The notes under the pieces: generated by a model
What the model was told of the DNA's origin: nothing
Databases searched by the model: none
The model's input: only the letters and a program-made list of their open reading frames with translations
Shown here: one piece after another, positions 29,101-43,114 of the stretch
Numbering within the stretch: position 1 is the stretch's first letter
Layout of the letters: every line of letters starts with the position of its first letter
Position numbers and translations under genes: made by a program
From: Bugula neritina
Lineage: Eukaryota; Animalia; Bryozoa
Direction of reading: 5' to 3'
NCBI GenBank assembly: GCA_964035545.1
Contig: OZ037766.1
Span: 11,522,722 to 11,586,721 of the forward strand
Length of the DNA: 64,000 nucleotides

Positions 29101-32100
29101 CATAAACATTAAACTTATACAAGTGAATGAATGTAGCTGCTTTTATACTAATGCTTATATAGTTCAGATAAATTTTAAGTGAATTTGTGTTTTATAACTT
29201 TAGCATTTAGGAGCAGTAGCAGAGGAATTGAGATAGCTTAAATTCTTCAATTTTATTACTAAATTTTTGTTTGGGGGCGGGTTAATATTCTCGAGAGAAC
29301 ATAACTTCTTATGCTACATTTCTAATCTAGAACATAGGCTTTTTTCAATTACTCTATTACTGCACCTACCTCAGTTTTAGAGTAACATAAAACATGGCAA
29401 AACCTCAAGCAAGATCTTCCTTTGTGATAAACCAAGGCAAAAAAAGCAAACTGTACTTGCAACAGAATATGTATTCAAATACATTTAGCAATAAATATCG
29501 CGAAAAAAAGTTGTTACCAAACATTAAAATGCAGAAATAAACACTCTTTTAACTTTCTGGTACTCCATAAGTTGATTGCTTAAAAGCAACTGTTCACTGA
29601 AAATCATATGCTACTAAGTGCCCAGCAAAACAATGACATAGTGAGCTCATATTGCTACATTGCTTGTACCAGTTTTTTGCAAGTTCATTTTCAAGTTGCC
29701 AACTTAGTATAACATTAAGCTTGTCTAAAGTTTCAATTCTTTATTCTGCAGCACGATTTTGTTGAGGATGGTCCAGAACATCCGACATAGCAAATAGTAA
29801 ATTTGCCATTGTTAAAAATTTGCTATAAGGCACTATAATTAAAGAATGCTCATTTTATGTTTTATAAATAACCTAATGGCTATATTATGGAGTAAAAGCA
29901 TTAGTTTTATTCATGTGTAATAGCAATGTACTTGGCTCATATGTTGTTTCAGATAACTTGAATCGTGCTTCAATTAGTTTGAACTTACACGATATTAGAA
30001 GCATCGTCATGGAAAATGGTAATGGCAATAGAAGTGCTTCCTCAATAGCCTACTTTCAATATTTGTGATATAGCAACTTATTTTATAAAAAAATGGCCAA
30101 AATTAGCAGAAATTACATAGTTATAATTGGGTCATCATTGTGCTTGTCTCAAAGAGAAATATGTTAAGTTGATGATCATTTGGTATGGTAAGGGAGACAA
30201 CTCTATAAAACAGTCGCAACACATGATTGGTTTATATTATTAAGTGAAGAGGAAGTGAAATAAATAAAATGTTTATAAAAGGCTCATTAGATTAAAAGTA
30301 TCTATAAGCGCTTTTCTCCAAAGTTCTCACAATAAGAACAAATTTTTAAATCATTTAAATCATTTTAGACTTTCCTAATGCAAATTTACAGGTGATTGCA
30401 ATTCTGCAATGACCATTATGAGTTTATAACATAATTTATTTTTCGAATGATAAAATTATAGACCTTCCCTATCTCTCAGACATTTAAAGCGTTGGTCTGT
30501 GAAATAGAGTATAGACTCGGGTGGGCAACTGGGGGTCCCAGGGCCACCTGTGGCCCTTAGCCCATTTTCCAGTGGCACTTTTAATGCTTAGGATAGATAA
30601 AAACTGTTATATGCATAATTCTGATTAACACAGCATAGGTTTGGTGACAAATTACTTTATCATAATAAAATTTAATATGTGTACAATCATGTGGCCCTTC
30701 ATTTTGGCTGACTTCTGAACTTGGTCCCCATGCAAAAGAGGTTGCCCACCCCTGGTCAATAAATGTATGTATAGCATTACTCACCTCTGAACCATCAATA
30801 TAAGATTCTTTCACAACTTCTGACTCACGGTGCACATTCTCGTCAGTTTCTGTATCACTCATCTCAACCTCTTCAGACTCAACAACCTCTGTAACAACTT
30901 CCTCAGTTGCCTCCCCATTCTCATTTAGAGTGATAGTTGTCGTAGTTATCATCTCTCGCCCATCATCCAACACATCATGTTGCTAGATAATAACAAGACC
31001 ACTAATTGCTTGATTTGTGTGATGATGCTAAATTTTAAGCATAGTGTATTATAAAAGCTAAGCAAAGTCTATGCAAAACTTTGGTAAAATCTTAGAGTTA
31101 GTTCAGGGGTCTATGATAGAAGTAATCAGTAGTTGGCTGTATTTTACAATATTTGGCCAATACTTGGCATACTGTAGTGCATAATGAGGTTTCAATAATA
31201 AGTATGTTTGGCTATGTGTGTCTGACTCATTTCACTGATGCTTATACAGAGTCAGTGCCAGTAGCTCATAGTCAACTCTCAACAGGGCTGACACAAGACT
31301 GAAATTTTACTAGTAATGCAGGAACTCATTTACTAGTATTGTTTATCAATGAAACCACCGCCATATCCATAGCATGCCAAGTAGTTTACAGAATATAAAC
31401 ATTTCCTACAGCTGCTAAAATATACTACCTGGTAAACCTTGATGTCTTCTTCATCTTGCAATACAACAACGCTGGCAGTTGCTGTAGTATCTGAACTTTT
31501 TGAAACAATTTTCATAGAGTTATCTCCACTTTCTTCAACAAGAAAGCTTTCTTCCTGATACTCTGTAATTGTACCGTCTTCATCAACTTCAACGTAGCTC
31601 ACAGGGTGACCATTCTAAAATCAGGACACCAAATATAATAGGGTTTCCATTGAAAACTGTACAAGATCTCAGCTAAAAATGCTCAAAACTCATATAATTT
31701 ATTGTTGCTAACTACAAGGCTTCTATTTAGTGTTTAGGAATTATCTCCTGAATTGTTTATTTGCCTCAGTATTTTATTAATTTGATAACTACTAGGGGGA
31801 GAGACCCACCCACCCTCTCCCAAAGGTTGAGATAAATTGTTATTGCTTCTCAAGGAGCTCTTGTCCACAAAATGTGACAATTTATTTATAAACTTTTCCT
31901 GTGTTTGTATAATATCACCAAGGCAGCTGTTTTGGTCAGCATATCATATTAGTACCAGATGAGTGAACTGGTTGTGTATATAATATGTATACAGGTACAT
32001 TGTTATAAGACAGCAACATGAAGTCACCTTAATTAGGCAATAGATTCTCATATTAGAAAACTGAAAGGACCCACTATTTTGCTGGAATAAGCTTTTTGAT

Positions 32101-35100
32101 AAATTGCCAAAAAAAAGAAAATTTTTTAGTAAAAATGAAAGCTTCAGCAAGCTACTTTCATTCATGTGAGTATAAAAGGCAAGCCCAGGAGCACCTTTCA
32201 AGAATTTAGATTTCTCAATGGTTAACATACAACAGATTTGGTTTGGTATACAGATGTTCAGGCTCCTGTGTCAAGGGGGGGGGGATTAATGTGAGACCAT
32301 AATTTGCTTTCTTTTCTTAAAGTGGTGCATAACAGTAAATCGATTATTATGCCGAGACTTTAAATGAATATTTAATGTGGCAGTCTCTTCACTGGTGCCA
32401 CAAACCTGTGGCTATTGAAAGAGGATTATTCCATCAACCAAATATCATTGCAAGAACTTATTCATTTTGTAGGACTTCACACTGTTTTAAAATTAGTATT
32501 TTAATTAATATTTATTCTTCATAATTTACCTTATCATATTCAAATTTAATTATTCTTTTTTAAATTTTGCTCGATTTAGGATATCTGTGATGCATGAAAA
32601 CCCAAGCTGCCTCAGGTTCATATATCCCATGGTTATCTTTTTATTCCTTTCTATGTTTACATACGATACATCTCAACTCTATTTGGCAAAGTTTTAATCA
32701 AAACTATTTTGTGTACTCTAAAAGAAAACAGATTTTGTTTATATTATAGGTGATTTAGTATTGAATATTTAGTTTGTTATGTACTGAGAAAAATGCACTT
32801 CAGATTAACTGTACTAACTGACATTGTGTTAGTATAAAATTACAAAATAGCTTGGTACTCCTGTCTTACAGTTTCGGAAAATCTAGCTAATTAAAATGCA
32901 AGCGCTATCTATAATTATTATCTTTATCTTCAGGGTGGAATGCTAACCAAGTGGGCATATGCTATTTCAACTTAGATTTGGCGTATCAAGAAGGCCAAAG
33001 CCTTATAGATAATCTTTGAAAATCTCATTATTTTTCTGCAATGTGTCTGGTTGCTAAAGATTTTGGGGCATCATTATTATTGAAAGCTCTTTTGCATTAA
33101 ATTGACAACTCACTACTTCACAACTATGATACTTTTTGTTCTAACTGCTTATGGGAATCTTTCGCGCATATGTTTACAATATGCCAACTCTCTATGCTAG
33201 TTGAAAGAGAATAGTAATTTTAATTATTTAATGTCAATACTAATAGCGCTGGTGAAAATTATTTTATTAGTAAGTATAGTAACATATTATTTTGTCAATT
33301 GGTGACAAAATGAAAGTTTTTTTGAAGCAGTCTACTCTACACTGTATGAGCTGTTGAGCCCAGATAAGTCTGGTATTTTTTAATGAATTGAAATCGAACT
33401 GAGTTTCAACTGAGAAGATAAACTGGCTCAGAGTGACCTATATCAAAACTTGACCTATTTCCATCTGCAGTGAACTGAAATCAGACACGAAAAACCAATG
33501 AATGTTGACAGCAGTATAACAATTAGTTTACAAATCTTTTAACATTATAGCCTTCACACCCTGCTTCGATGTAAACTAAAAGCAAGCAAGCATAGTAGAA
33601 AAAACTAAGGTGTGTCGACTACTCAATCATTTTAAACGCAACATTTAGATTTTATGAGCCGCTTGAAAACCTGAAGAGAGCCCTTGAGAAAAATTGACTG
33701 TTTTAAATGATTTTACCACTAATTACTGTACTAATACACCAAACCAAAGTGAATAGCAATCCAAGACCAGTTATCCCTGCAGAGTAACTTTTAAATGCTT
33801 CTACTGAAATTTTGCGGTAGTGTACTTTGTGATATGAATTTGACAGCTCAAATACAACTAGAGTCTAGACAAATTACTGGTGAGCAAGTGCAAGCATAAC
33901 ATTAGGAAATTCAGCAGAATGAGCAACTTGAACATTTATTTATAGTGTATATATATTAGAGGACTCTGCATTGTTTAAGCAACAAAATGAATATGGTTTA
34001 TAAACCTTGGCTGTTGCTAGCCAACCCTTTTTTCTTTGGTTTTCAATTTTCCGAAAGTATGGCGAGAAAGCTTACAAAAACGACTGTTACTTTTTTTAAA
34101 GTAATCATTTGATATAGCAGTTACTGCAAATAACTGTAAATGATATTTACATTTTTCTCTTTTAAAGGTTGACTATATTGTATTCAACCTTATAAGAAAG
34201 AAAATTGTCCTCTCAAGTGGATAATTATAGACACTAGAGTACGTCTTCTTGCTAGTAATTCTTATTTGTTGAAAGAAAGGCAAGTGCTAGTAACAGCTAG
34301 CCACTTGGCAGGCTTTGTAGAAAAATAACCCAGTTTGCTGGCCAATAGTTCAACAACTTCCGAAACATCACAAGAGGTTTTCTATACAAAGAGACTATAA
34401 AATATCTATATAGTCTTTACTTACTGCCTTACACTTAGTTAATCTACTGTAAAAACTTAAGACTTAATGATTTTATCAAAGTGAAACTGAACTGTAAAAT
34501 ACAACTCAGTGGTAGTTCCCTGATAAACTCTGTCTGTTCATAAACAAAATTATTAATTACAGATAAAAATATCACTCGGTGAAAAAAAGTTGCTAACTTT
34601 CATAAATATAACCTTCAAAGAATTGGTTTAGTGTTTTGATTGAACATGCAACAAATTTTATAATGAACGCTTTCAAAAAATTACAAAATTACAATTGAAT
34701 AATCTAAAAGAAGCAACAGCATTATTTAATTTTCTTACAAAGCTCAGTTTTGCAGCCTATAGGCTTAGTCCCAAGATTTTATACAGTCATTAGTAGTTTG
34801 ACCAACTTCCATTCAAGCCAAAAGACATGAGAAATAAAAATTGTATCTTGCAAACAGCCATTCATCCTCCACATTCTAGTTGAATGGTTCAGCCATAATT
34901 TTCTATAGTTCATTCCACTTGGCTTGTTAGCAAACTCCTATCTAAGGTCTATTAGGTAATAGATGGTGGCTAATTGTTTATTGTGTAAACTTTGAAACAA
35001 TACATTTCCTACCTACAAAAATAATTTAGTCTTTTATTAGCTGCTAACGAATACTCTTGGCTACAGCCTAGTCTAGTCTGATTGTGGTGAGAAAACTTCT

Positions 35101-37394
35101 TGCAAATATAAGCTCCAAACCTCATTCCTCCCACTCTCTCCCCCTCCATCATCTCCCTTCCATCATCTCCCTTCCATCATCTCTCCCTCCCGCCCTCATC
35201 TCCCCCTCCATCATCTCCCCCTCCTTCATCTCCCCCTCCTTCATATCCTCCTCCTTCATATCCTCCTCCTTCATATCCTCCTCCTTTATATCCCCTCCAT
35301 CATCTCCCTCTCCCTCATATCCCCCTCCCTCTGGGCCAAAATGTATGATTCATCTCAGAAGGTAGAAAATAGTAGTATTTTATTTCTAGATAAGTAGCAA
35401 CAATTCATCAAGCAAATAACATAAAGTCATATCTTATATTTTGTGTTCACCTTCTGTGCGGATCACTATTTGGGTACTGAGACTTCTGCAAATACTCAGG
35501 AAACAACTAGGAGGCTTCAAGGCAGAAAAATACTAAAAAATCACCACCATTAATCCGTAAATGATTTTGTGAGGGTTTATACTTGTCAGGAAAATACAGG
35601 ACAAGAAGCTTCGACATTGTTGACAGACTAAATAAGCTCAAGGGTAAGAATGAGTAGCCATTGTAGCCATTGCCTGTTTTCATGAATGTCAGTTAGGTTG
35701 GTGATGTACATTTACATTTTATTATGTTTAAAAAAGTCACGTATAAAACACAAGATAGATCAACCAAACTAGCTGACTAAAGTCCAAAAAGTTTCACCAC
35801 TAGAAAAGTGGCAGCTGTAAAGGCCGGAGTAACAGATGCAGACAAATTAACTCAAAACCCAAAGCAATGCAAAAAGAACATAAATAATTTACAAAAAATG
35901 GAATTCAATTCATATAATCATGTTGCAGAAATGGTGTATAGGACTATGAAACTGCATCAAAGTTAATTCATGGCTCACAAATTTTGCTAAAATAGGCAAA
36001 CTCATCGATGCATTTTATACAGGTGCAACTTTGCCTCCACAAATTCTTCTAGTAATAATGGTAAATAGCTCCTTGCATAATTATTTCATTTTATAAATTC
36101 CAGTTTACTCAACAAATTAAATATTGGGTAGTTCAACAGCCATTAAACCTCCAAAGTCGATCCTAACAGCTCCACTTGTACTTTGTAGCCAGAATGCAAT
36201 AAACATACCGGCTTCACACTGAAGATCACTCTATTTTATATAGTTTAGACTTCAGACTCTAGAGCTAAAAAGCTTCAAAATATAACTACAACTAACTAAA
36301 ATGTAAAATCTATGCATTTAAACAAATAAAAAACCTTCAAAACAAACTAGAATTTGGCTCTTCAATTAAAGCTCTGAAAACTAAAACATGGTTTAAAAAA
36401 TAGTAGCTAACGAAAATCCTTTCCATTATGGTCGTCACATGGATTGTAACTACAAACAAATTGGTGTTTTGTAGCAGCTAATTTCAGCATACTTGGATTA
36501 ACAACATTATCTCAACACCATTTACCATTACCTATGCTTCTGCTATTAAGCTTACTTATTTTATCCAAAGAGAAAATGCACTACAATGTGCTAAAAGAAA
36601 GCTGGACAGGTTAGTCAAATGATAAAGGCAAATTATCAGGATCACAGATTAAACACTTTGATATGGGAGCAGACAAGAGGGGCTAAATAGAAAAACTGGC
36701 AGAATAAGCTTATAGACCCACTCTGAACAACTATAGCCTAGACAAGAAAAATGCAAGGAAGTAAATGGAAGAGACCAGCCTAATGCCTAAAAGTGCAATA
36801 GGCTGGACACTATAATGATAATACATAAAACATACTTCTGGGTTTTAGGGTGACCAGACCTAATTGAAAATCCTGTCTTATTTCAACATAGTCCAAAGCA
36901 TCTTGTGTTTTGAAAGGCAATTATTTTGAAAACCTGCTACAGCTATTCAAGAGCGTGTACAAAGTGCGTAATGGTACTCGGTGAATCTGACAAGGATGTC
37001 AGCAAAACAGTTCTCCATCTTCACGGAGTTGAAATGCTGTAGAATGTAAATCTACTATCAAACACATGTCATGATAAAGTCATCATCATATCAATATTAT
37101 TTTAATGGCAATGAACAAAATGTTTGTGGCTGATTTCATAAGTTTTCTGTTTGGTTTATGAATCATCAAGCTGGTAGTCTTATTATGGGAATTCAAGACA
37201 ACCTTTGTTTCCAGTACAAGCTGACCCAACTAAATCTGTCACTTAGATTTGCAAGCAGCTAGACTAGCTTGCATTACGAAGACTACCTACAATTTCAGCC
37301 ATTATGAGTAACCAAGTATTCTGCTATTATATGCCTATTGACCAGTAGTATGATTTCAACTACCAACCTGAAGCTGGTCCTCAATGTCGCCCAT
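11122..37394 (-). CDS. Uncharacterised multi-exon acidic repeat protein, possibly cytoskeletal. Exons: 37394-37368 (tentative start), 31614-31429, 30982-30785, 28792-28654, 28369-28227, 27832-27773, 26402-26375, 25480-25427, 23680-23611, 22208-22158, 20477-20421, 19649-19440, 18951-18791, 18628-18537, 18263-18136, 17912-17789, 17138-16988, 16718-16621, 15950-15861, 15689-15596, 14817-14732, 14307-14050, 13267-13130, 12453-12307, 12121-11838, 11242-11122 (3' end uncertain)
   Basis: A chain of GT-AG exons with consistent phases gives one open frame. The N-terminus is Glu/Val/Thr-rich; then comes a repeated motif GE(Y/I/F)E(N/S)TPxxRxDVVRxxD...ELPxxGxAKxLMSKF...PSG. The start ATG (ACCATGG) is inferred. 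A donor at 11176 may add further 3' exons. Confidence 0.75.
11955..12067 (-). repeat. Coding minisatellite, 18-nt unit, 6-7 copies (NE(T/A)P(A/E)A)
   Basis: AATGAAACCCCTGCAGCA-type units in exon 12121-11838. Confidence 0.85.
12825..12904. repeat. 23-bp tandem repeat containing copies of a 5' splice site
   Basis: ACTTACAGT recurs with a 23-nt period (donor G at 12836, 12859, 12882). The same unit forms the real donor at 13129. Confidence 0.75.
12905..13110 (+). mobile_element. SINE-like insertion (degenerate tRNA-type head, central GGCGATGTTAGGAAGAGCATCCAG motif, GTGA-type tail)
   Basis: It interrupts the 23-bp array and has an A-box-like GCGTGGTCTAAGGGTTAG. The central motif resembles, from memory and unverified, the conserved core of widespread metazoan SINEs. 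No clear TSD. Confidence 0.45.
17413..17782. repeat. Intronic 27-bp minisatellite, about 13 copies (TAGTAATATATAATGTAATATACTACC)
   Basis: Directly visible tandem array that ends a few bases from the donor at 17788. Confidence 0.9.
20985..21435. repeat. AT-rich simple-sequence array (ATAC/ATAAT/ATAT units)
   Basis: Low-complexity tract that produces spurious Y/I/C/M ORFs in all three minus frames. Confidence 0.95.
30516..30754. mobile_element. hAT/Charlie-like MITE
   Basis: 14-bp terminal inverted repeats (CTCGGGTGGGCAAC ... GTTGCCCACCCCTG, 2 mismatches) and the internal palindrome GGGCCACCTGTGGCCC. No clean 8-bp TSD. Confidence 0.65.
35120..35332. repeat. Pyrimidine-rich 15-bp tandem repeat (CCTCCTTCATATCCT-like)
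   Basis: About 200 bp with almost no G on the + strand. Confidence 0.9.
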
Positions 37395-40300
37395 GGTTCT
37401 TCTAGGTCTCGTGAAAATGTCTTTTGGCAGAATTTGATAATCCAATTACGAATTGATTAAAGAGCAAGAAATGCGCTGTCAGTCAACTGCTGTATAGCTC
37501 CTTTGGCTGCTACAATAACATCCTCCGATGTAACCCAAGTTAGTATTAATGTATGATGCATGTAGCAATGTACACCAATTGTATCAACTGCATTAATATG
37601 AGACAGTAACTATCCATCCTATTACAGCTAGAGGATAGTTATACAGGCATAGTTTATGTTAACTGCCCTACCTTTTTATTACAACCACTTGTTATCAGAC
37701 ACTTTATACTAACTTACTGAAGCATATACAATAGAAAATGAGTCGAAGAATGTGTATCACCCATATACTTGCATAATGAGACGGTTTCTTCTAGAAAAAG
37801 TATGGCCCGCTGAGTTTCTATAAATGTTTATCATAATCAGAACAATTAAGCTTACATTAAACTATGCCTCATCTAAATCAAAGGACCAGTGAGCTGAATA
37901 GGCAAGTCATTTCTAAAGAAATGTGTTAGCTGAGTAAACATTTATGATAAATGTTGAACTAATAGAACAAATATTACGTATAAAAAAGAAACATACCTTA
38001 CTTTAAATTTAAGGCAAGCTGGTGAAAATAATTAACTGCCAGTTATCGTTACTTACTAAACATAACTTTTTGTGAGATATGGTCTGAGACAAAATACAAA
38101 ATATATTAACTGCCACAAAGTTATATTTACACAGTTGTTGTTATAGTTTACATATTACACATTATAATATACTGGTACAAATGTTTATACTGATAATAAC
38201 ATCTCAACAACAATACCTGTAGCTTAAAGGACAACATGACACAAGGTAATTGTTTCAAGATTTGGTTGAAGAAGTAAAGATTTTACATTTGAAAGAGAAT
38301 ACAATAATATGTTCAAATTATTAAGCAAATATAAAACCAAGTACAGGAATGGGAATTTTAGGAAACTTCTAGAATGGAAAAGTAATTTGTTGAAAGCTTT
38401 CAGCCTTCTGTTGAAGTACCATGTCAACGTTATGCTGTTCTGTGGAGAGCTTTGGGTAAAACATAAAAATGTGATATTGTTATATTTCAATAGCTGATAT
38501 ATCTCAACACTTTCAAGACATGTTTCCGAAATCACCATTTAGGTTTTTTAAAACAATATACATTCCAATCCATTCTTTCAATTAGATAAAGAGATCTAGC
38601 TTGGAATTCTAAAATTTGAGAGTGGGTGTAGACAGACGAAGTATGTGAGGAATTACAGTTTCCCAACATCATTTATGGTTCTAGTGGAACTTTCTAGCAT
38701 GAGATGTTTCCTTGATATTGTCTGGTGATGAAATAAGGCAATCACATTCCAAACTCAGATGCGAAAAAATATCATGAACCGGCAAGCTAAGACAAAATGA
38801 AAATGTACATTTCTACACCTAACAGAGTCAATGATACAAATGTCTTATATTTATAGAATCAGTGCAAAATAAATAGAAAGAAATACAATTTTAGTTGAAC
38901 ACCTACCTTACGCTTAAAGTTGACTACAGCTACTACTAAGACTAGTTTTAGGCACTTAACAAAATCAGTCACAGTATGACTATAAGTATAACTATAAGTA
39001 TATACTTACCTATACTTATAGTTATAGTCTGACAAAATTTCAAGTTTAATGCTTCTTCGTTAAAAGATTATCTAGTAACATAAGCATTCTTTGCATTTGC
39101 TAAGCCTAATGCTAATAGTAAATACACTACTAACACAGTTACTAAAAGTAAAAGTAAGTTAGTTTGAATAAATATAATGATAATGTTTCATAGATATAAA
39201 ATCATAGATAAAACATTTTAACACAATATGAATATACTGGAATCTAGAAATTGATTCATTAGAATTTAGATTATACTTGTTTTAGTTTAAAGCTACTGCA
39301 AGTTTGTAAATATACCAGTTATTTATTTAATCAATAAATATAATGTTTTTATTCAAGTCTCATTTTAATGTCATAATTTGCAAAAACAAACAAACTGAAA
39401 TTATTAAAAAATCAAATAAATGACAATGTGAATGTGTTTACTTACCTTAAAATTATGAAGTGGAATCTCAATGAGAAGTAGTAGCAGTCTGAGTCACTTC
39501 TATAAGTATAAGCCTAAGGACGTGCGAACTACTAGATCTAGTAATCCAAAGGTGCATAAATAAATGAGAACACAGTAGCAACAACAAAACCCTACTATAG
39601 CGGTCAGAGAATATTATTCTTTTGACACTGTGTTAGTTAGCCGACAGTAAGACAAATAACATCATTATATTCTGTTTACACAACAATAAAACAATATTGA
39701 TCCAAATAGTAAGCACACACACCCTTGCGCTTTGCCTTTAGTCATGTAAGCTACAGCCAATGACTGAGATTACGCAAACCACTGTAGCAGCTGCATCGAG
39801 CGAGACGTACATGTGAAGATAACTACATTTAAAAACAACTTCGTTGTATTTTATAGTCAATAATTTATTTGTATAGACTATAGACTATAGACGTTATGTG
39901 CAACGCGATTTCTCTCTCTTTATAAAAGTTGTTCAAATTCTAAGCAACAGTAAGAACAATTTAAAGAAATGTTGCAAATATCAAAAACTTATCTTAAATT
40001 ATATTCATTAAACTTATTGGTAATACTGTGAATAAATATAGTATTTTATCAACATTGCTTACAAATATTCCTCCATGCTCAAAAGTAAAGTTCTTATATC
40101 ATAAGTTTATATGACTTTGTTTGTGAAAATGTAGCATTGTAAAGAACACTCCATATATATACAAGTTATTGGTATATTATAATTTAATATGTGTAAGCCT
40201 ATTATAAAAATTTAGGCATACTGCATATATACTGATATAATAATTATGGTGATCAGTACCAACTTATGTGTATATTTACAATTTTATGAACATTCCTAAT

Positions 40301-42489
40301 TATTTACATGATTAAAAAGTTTATTTCTAAATTAAAATATCATATTCAAGTATAAGATGTCTATCAGAATATTTTTCAATTTGAAAATTATTTTAATGGT
40401 AATTAAGTCAATCGTTGAAAGAGCAATGGAAAAATGACAAGCTTGCAAGGAGTTGTCACACTATAAGCTGACAACAGGTGAGTAAGAATTTCAAAAAGTA
40501 AGAAGCTTTTTGATTTCTCTTACATACAACAATCAAATTAATGGTACACAAATATATATAATTACATTATTTAAGTATAAACAAACTAGCTATCTTCTTA
40601 AGAATATACCTGCTCACTGGTAATTATTTAAACTAGGGTTTATGAAGAGACATGTAGTTATAAAAAATATCAATCAGTCATTCTTTGTTTCATTGACCAT
40701 TGATTATCATTTCTGCTAAGTTCATTTCTAAAGTAATCTATTGTTGATATTAAACCACCAGTCAACTCAACTTTTAGGAACCAGTCTAATATTCGTCTAG
40801 CCCTTTCAATATCTGGCTTTCTTTTCCTTGGGTCATCTTCCATTGCTTTCACATGAACAATTTTACTTGAGCTACCTAAAACCAATAATTGATCCAAAAT
40901 ATATTACTTGTTTTCTCATAGCAATACTGAGAATAATAGAAATTATTGTCAATGTGTGAAAGTGCAAAACATTTAATTTATAAAAATGGAGTTGTTTGCT
41001 CCTTACTATTTCACAATATCTTTCAGATATTGTAGCAAACGCACCTGTAGACTCTTGGCTAGCGTGCACCAAAAGAACATCTTTCATACAAAATAGCATA
41101 TCATTTGCCTGAAAACTTTAGTAGAACTCATTGAGTAGATCATAATAAGTAGAATTTATTGAGTATATTTTATTAATTAATTGAATTTATTAATTTGTTA
41201 ATCTTACTAAAAATAGCAAAATTTAAATCATCATCCATAGTTAACTGTCAAACTGCAGGCTGCATAAGTTTATAAACAATATATAAAATCAGTCTATAAA
41301 TCTCATCTTTTAGAGCAATTGTTGAAGATATTAAGCAAATTACAACATTCAATAAAGCACCTCAATGTATATAGACTAAGGTGGCTGATTTTAGTCTTTC
41401 CACATGCACAATGCATGAAAACAGAGTGTTGAGTTCAAGATGTAGCTAGCTACTCAGGCTACACTGGTTAAATCCTTGCATAGAAATTAGTGCAAAACTA
41501 GAAAAAAACATTTCTGTAAATTTTATACCCTAACATCTAAACATATTATTATAGAGGCTTGCAAGCAGCTATAATAGCTACAAGTCAACACGGCATGAAA
41601 AAGTTGAACACATATTTTAAGGTTGAATCAACCCGTCCGCCAGGTCTGACAAACATATTCTAATAATGAGTAGATTTGCAATACAAGGGAACCCTGCTTA
41701 ATTTACATAACATTATGTATACATCAGATATGTGTGGCGTCATCTCTAATATATATGGATTTTTTATTCACTGATTTACAGTTGAGAAAAAAATTAATTT
41801 TTTCTAACATGGGGTGACCTACTGTAACAGATTTATTCTGTGGACACTGTAGTATAAAATTACTTTTGACTCGGCCATCATTCATGTAAATTTGAAGTCC
41901 GAATGTGTTGTACATGCGAGCAACTCTCACAATTGCAGAGCTTCCTGTGAATACATATTATTAACACATCGTAACATGTTATCTATTAAACCTCTACGAC
42001 TGCTACTACGACTACTATTCTGTTAATGTTACCACCACCATTATTCCTACTACTAATGCTATTACTGCTGCTGCCAATACCACTTTTAAAGTAAGCTAAA
42101 TACTGTGAATGTTGCTAGAAGCAGCACTGAGTTTCGGGTGACTGAGTACAGTATTTGTCCGAACTGCAAACCCCCAACTTTAAATTCATGACCCCTTAAC
42201 CAATGCACTCAACGTGACCACCAACTCGATGTAACAGGTAGTTTAAGGTCACATTTTCTAGTTTCAGACTTTGCTTTCTGTTACATATAAACGGTTCCCA
42301 GCTATAGATTGAACAGTTTTTGCACCATCCTAGCAAATTATACATCAAATAAAAGCTCTCAATCTCTTTAATATACTTTTTTATTTCTTTAAATTCTGGT
42401 TATATATATTCTTTACAATTTGGTCAAAACATACACTAATTTGTAAGTTTCATTGCAATAGACCATGTAAAACTCATCAAATTATCAGG

Positions 42490-42880
42490 GGTGTGTACCA
42501 ACTCTAAAATCTCACCATTATATCTTATATAAAATTCTGCAAGTTTAAGTGCGAAATGCATGTTTTCGAAAACTAGCTGTGCAATTTTTATTGCATGGAC
42601 TATTTAATTTAATATCCTAAATTTATGAGTTTTGAGTTCATTTTTCAAAATGTTTAAATTAAATGTTTAAAAAATGCAATCAAAAATTTCATGTCTGCAA
42701 AAATACCCTAGCTGGTACAGTTTTACCACAGCTCTATAATGCTCATAAACTTAAAATATTAATATAAATAATGCATGTATAGAACAAGTTTCATAATATT
42801 TTTATACACATGCATTTTGCACCTGAACTTGCAGGATTTTATATAGGTTATAATAGTGAGATATTAGAGTAATACACATC
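42490..42880. mobile_element. MITE / foldback element with about 70-bp imperfect terminal inverted repeats
   Basis: ACTCTAAAATCTCACCATTATA...TGCGAAATGCATG (42501-42562) is the reverse complement of CATGCATTTTGCA...TGAGATATTAGAGT (42809-42870). There is also an inner inverted pair, AATTTTTATTGCAT/ATGCAATCAAAAATT. Confidence 0.75.
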
Positions 42881-43114
42881 GTTGATTGGCTGAACTTTAA
42901 ATGATCTAATTCATGTTTGTATGTAAAATTTTAGGCTACATATCAATTTTACTGATGAATGCATTGGCCATAGAGAGCTAGTATTAAACCATACTAATTT
43001 GACCAACACTTATCATACCTGAGCGTAGTGAAGAGGGACTGAATTGCTGACGGTGGTGACAAAAAACACTTGAATTAACTAACCAGTGTGCTAACCAAAC
43101 GATAGCCAATAAAG

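Noticed and set aside
35084-35365. Ser/Pro/Ile-rich ORF (and likewise 52635-53081)
   Set aside because: Low-complexity repeat translations without splice or homology support.
36209-36264. Exon-like segment with AG/GT borders in the repeat-protein gene
   Set aside because: Stops occur in all three frames, so it cannot be a coding exon; a UTR role cannot be judged from sequence.
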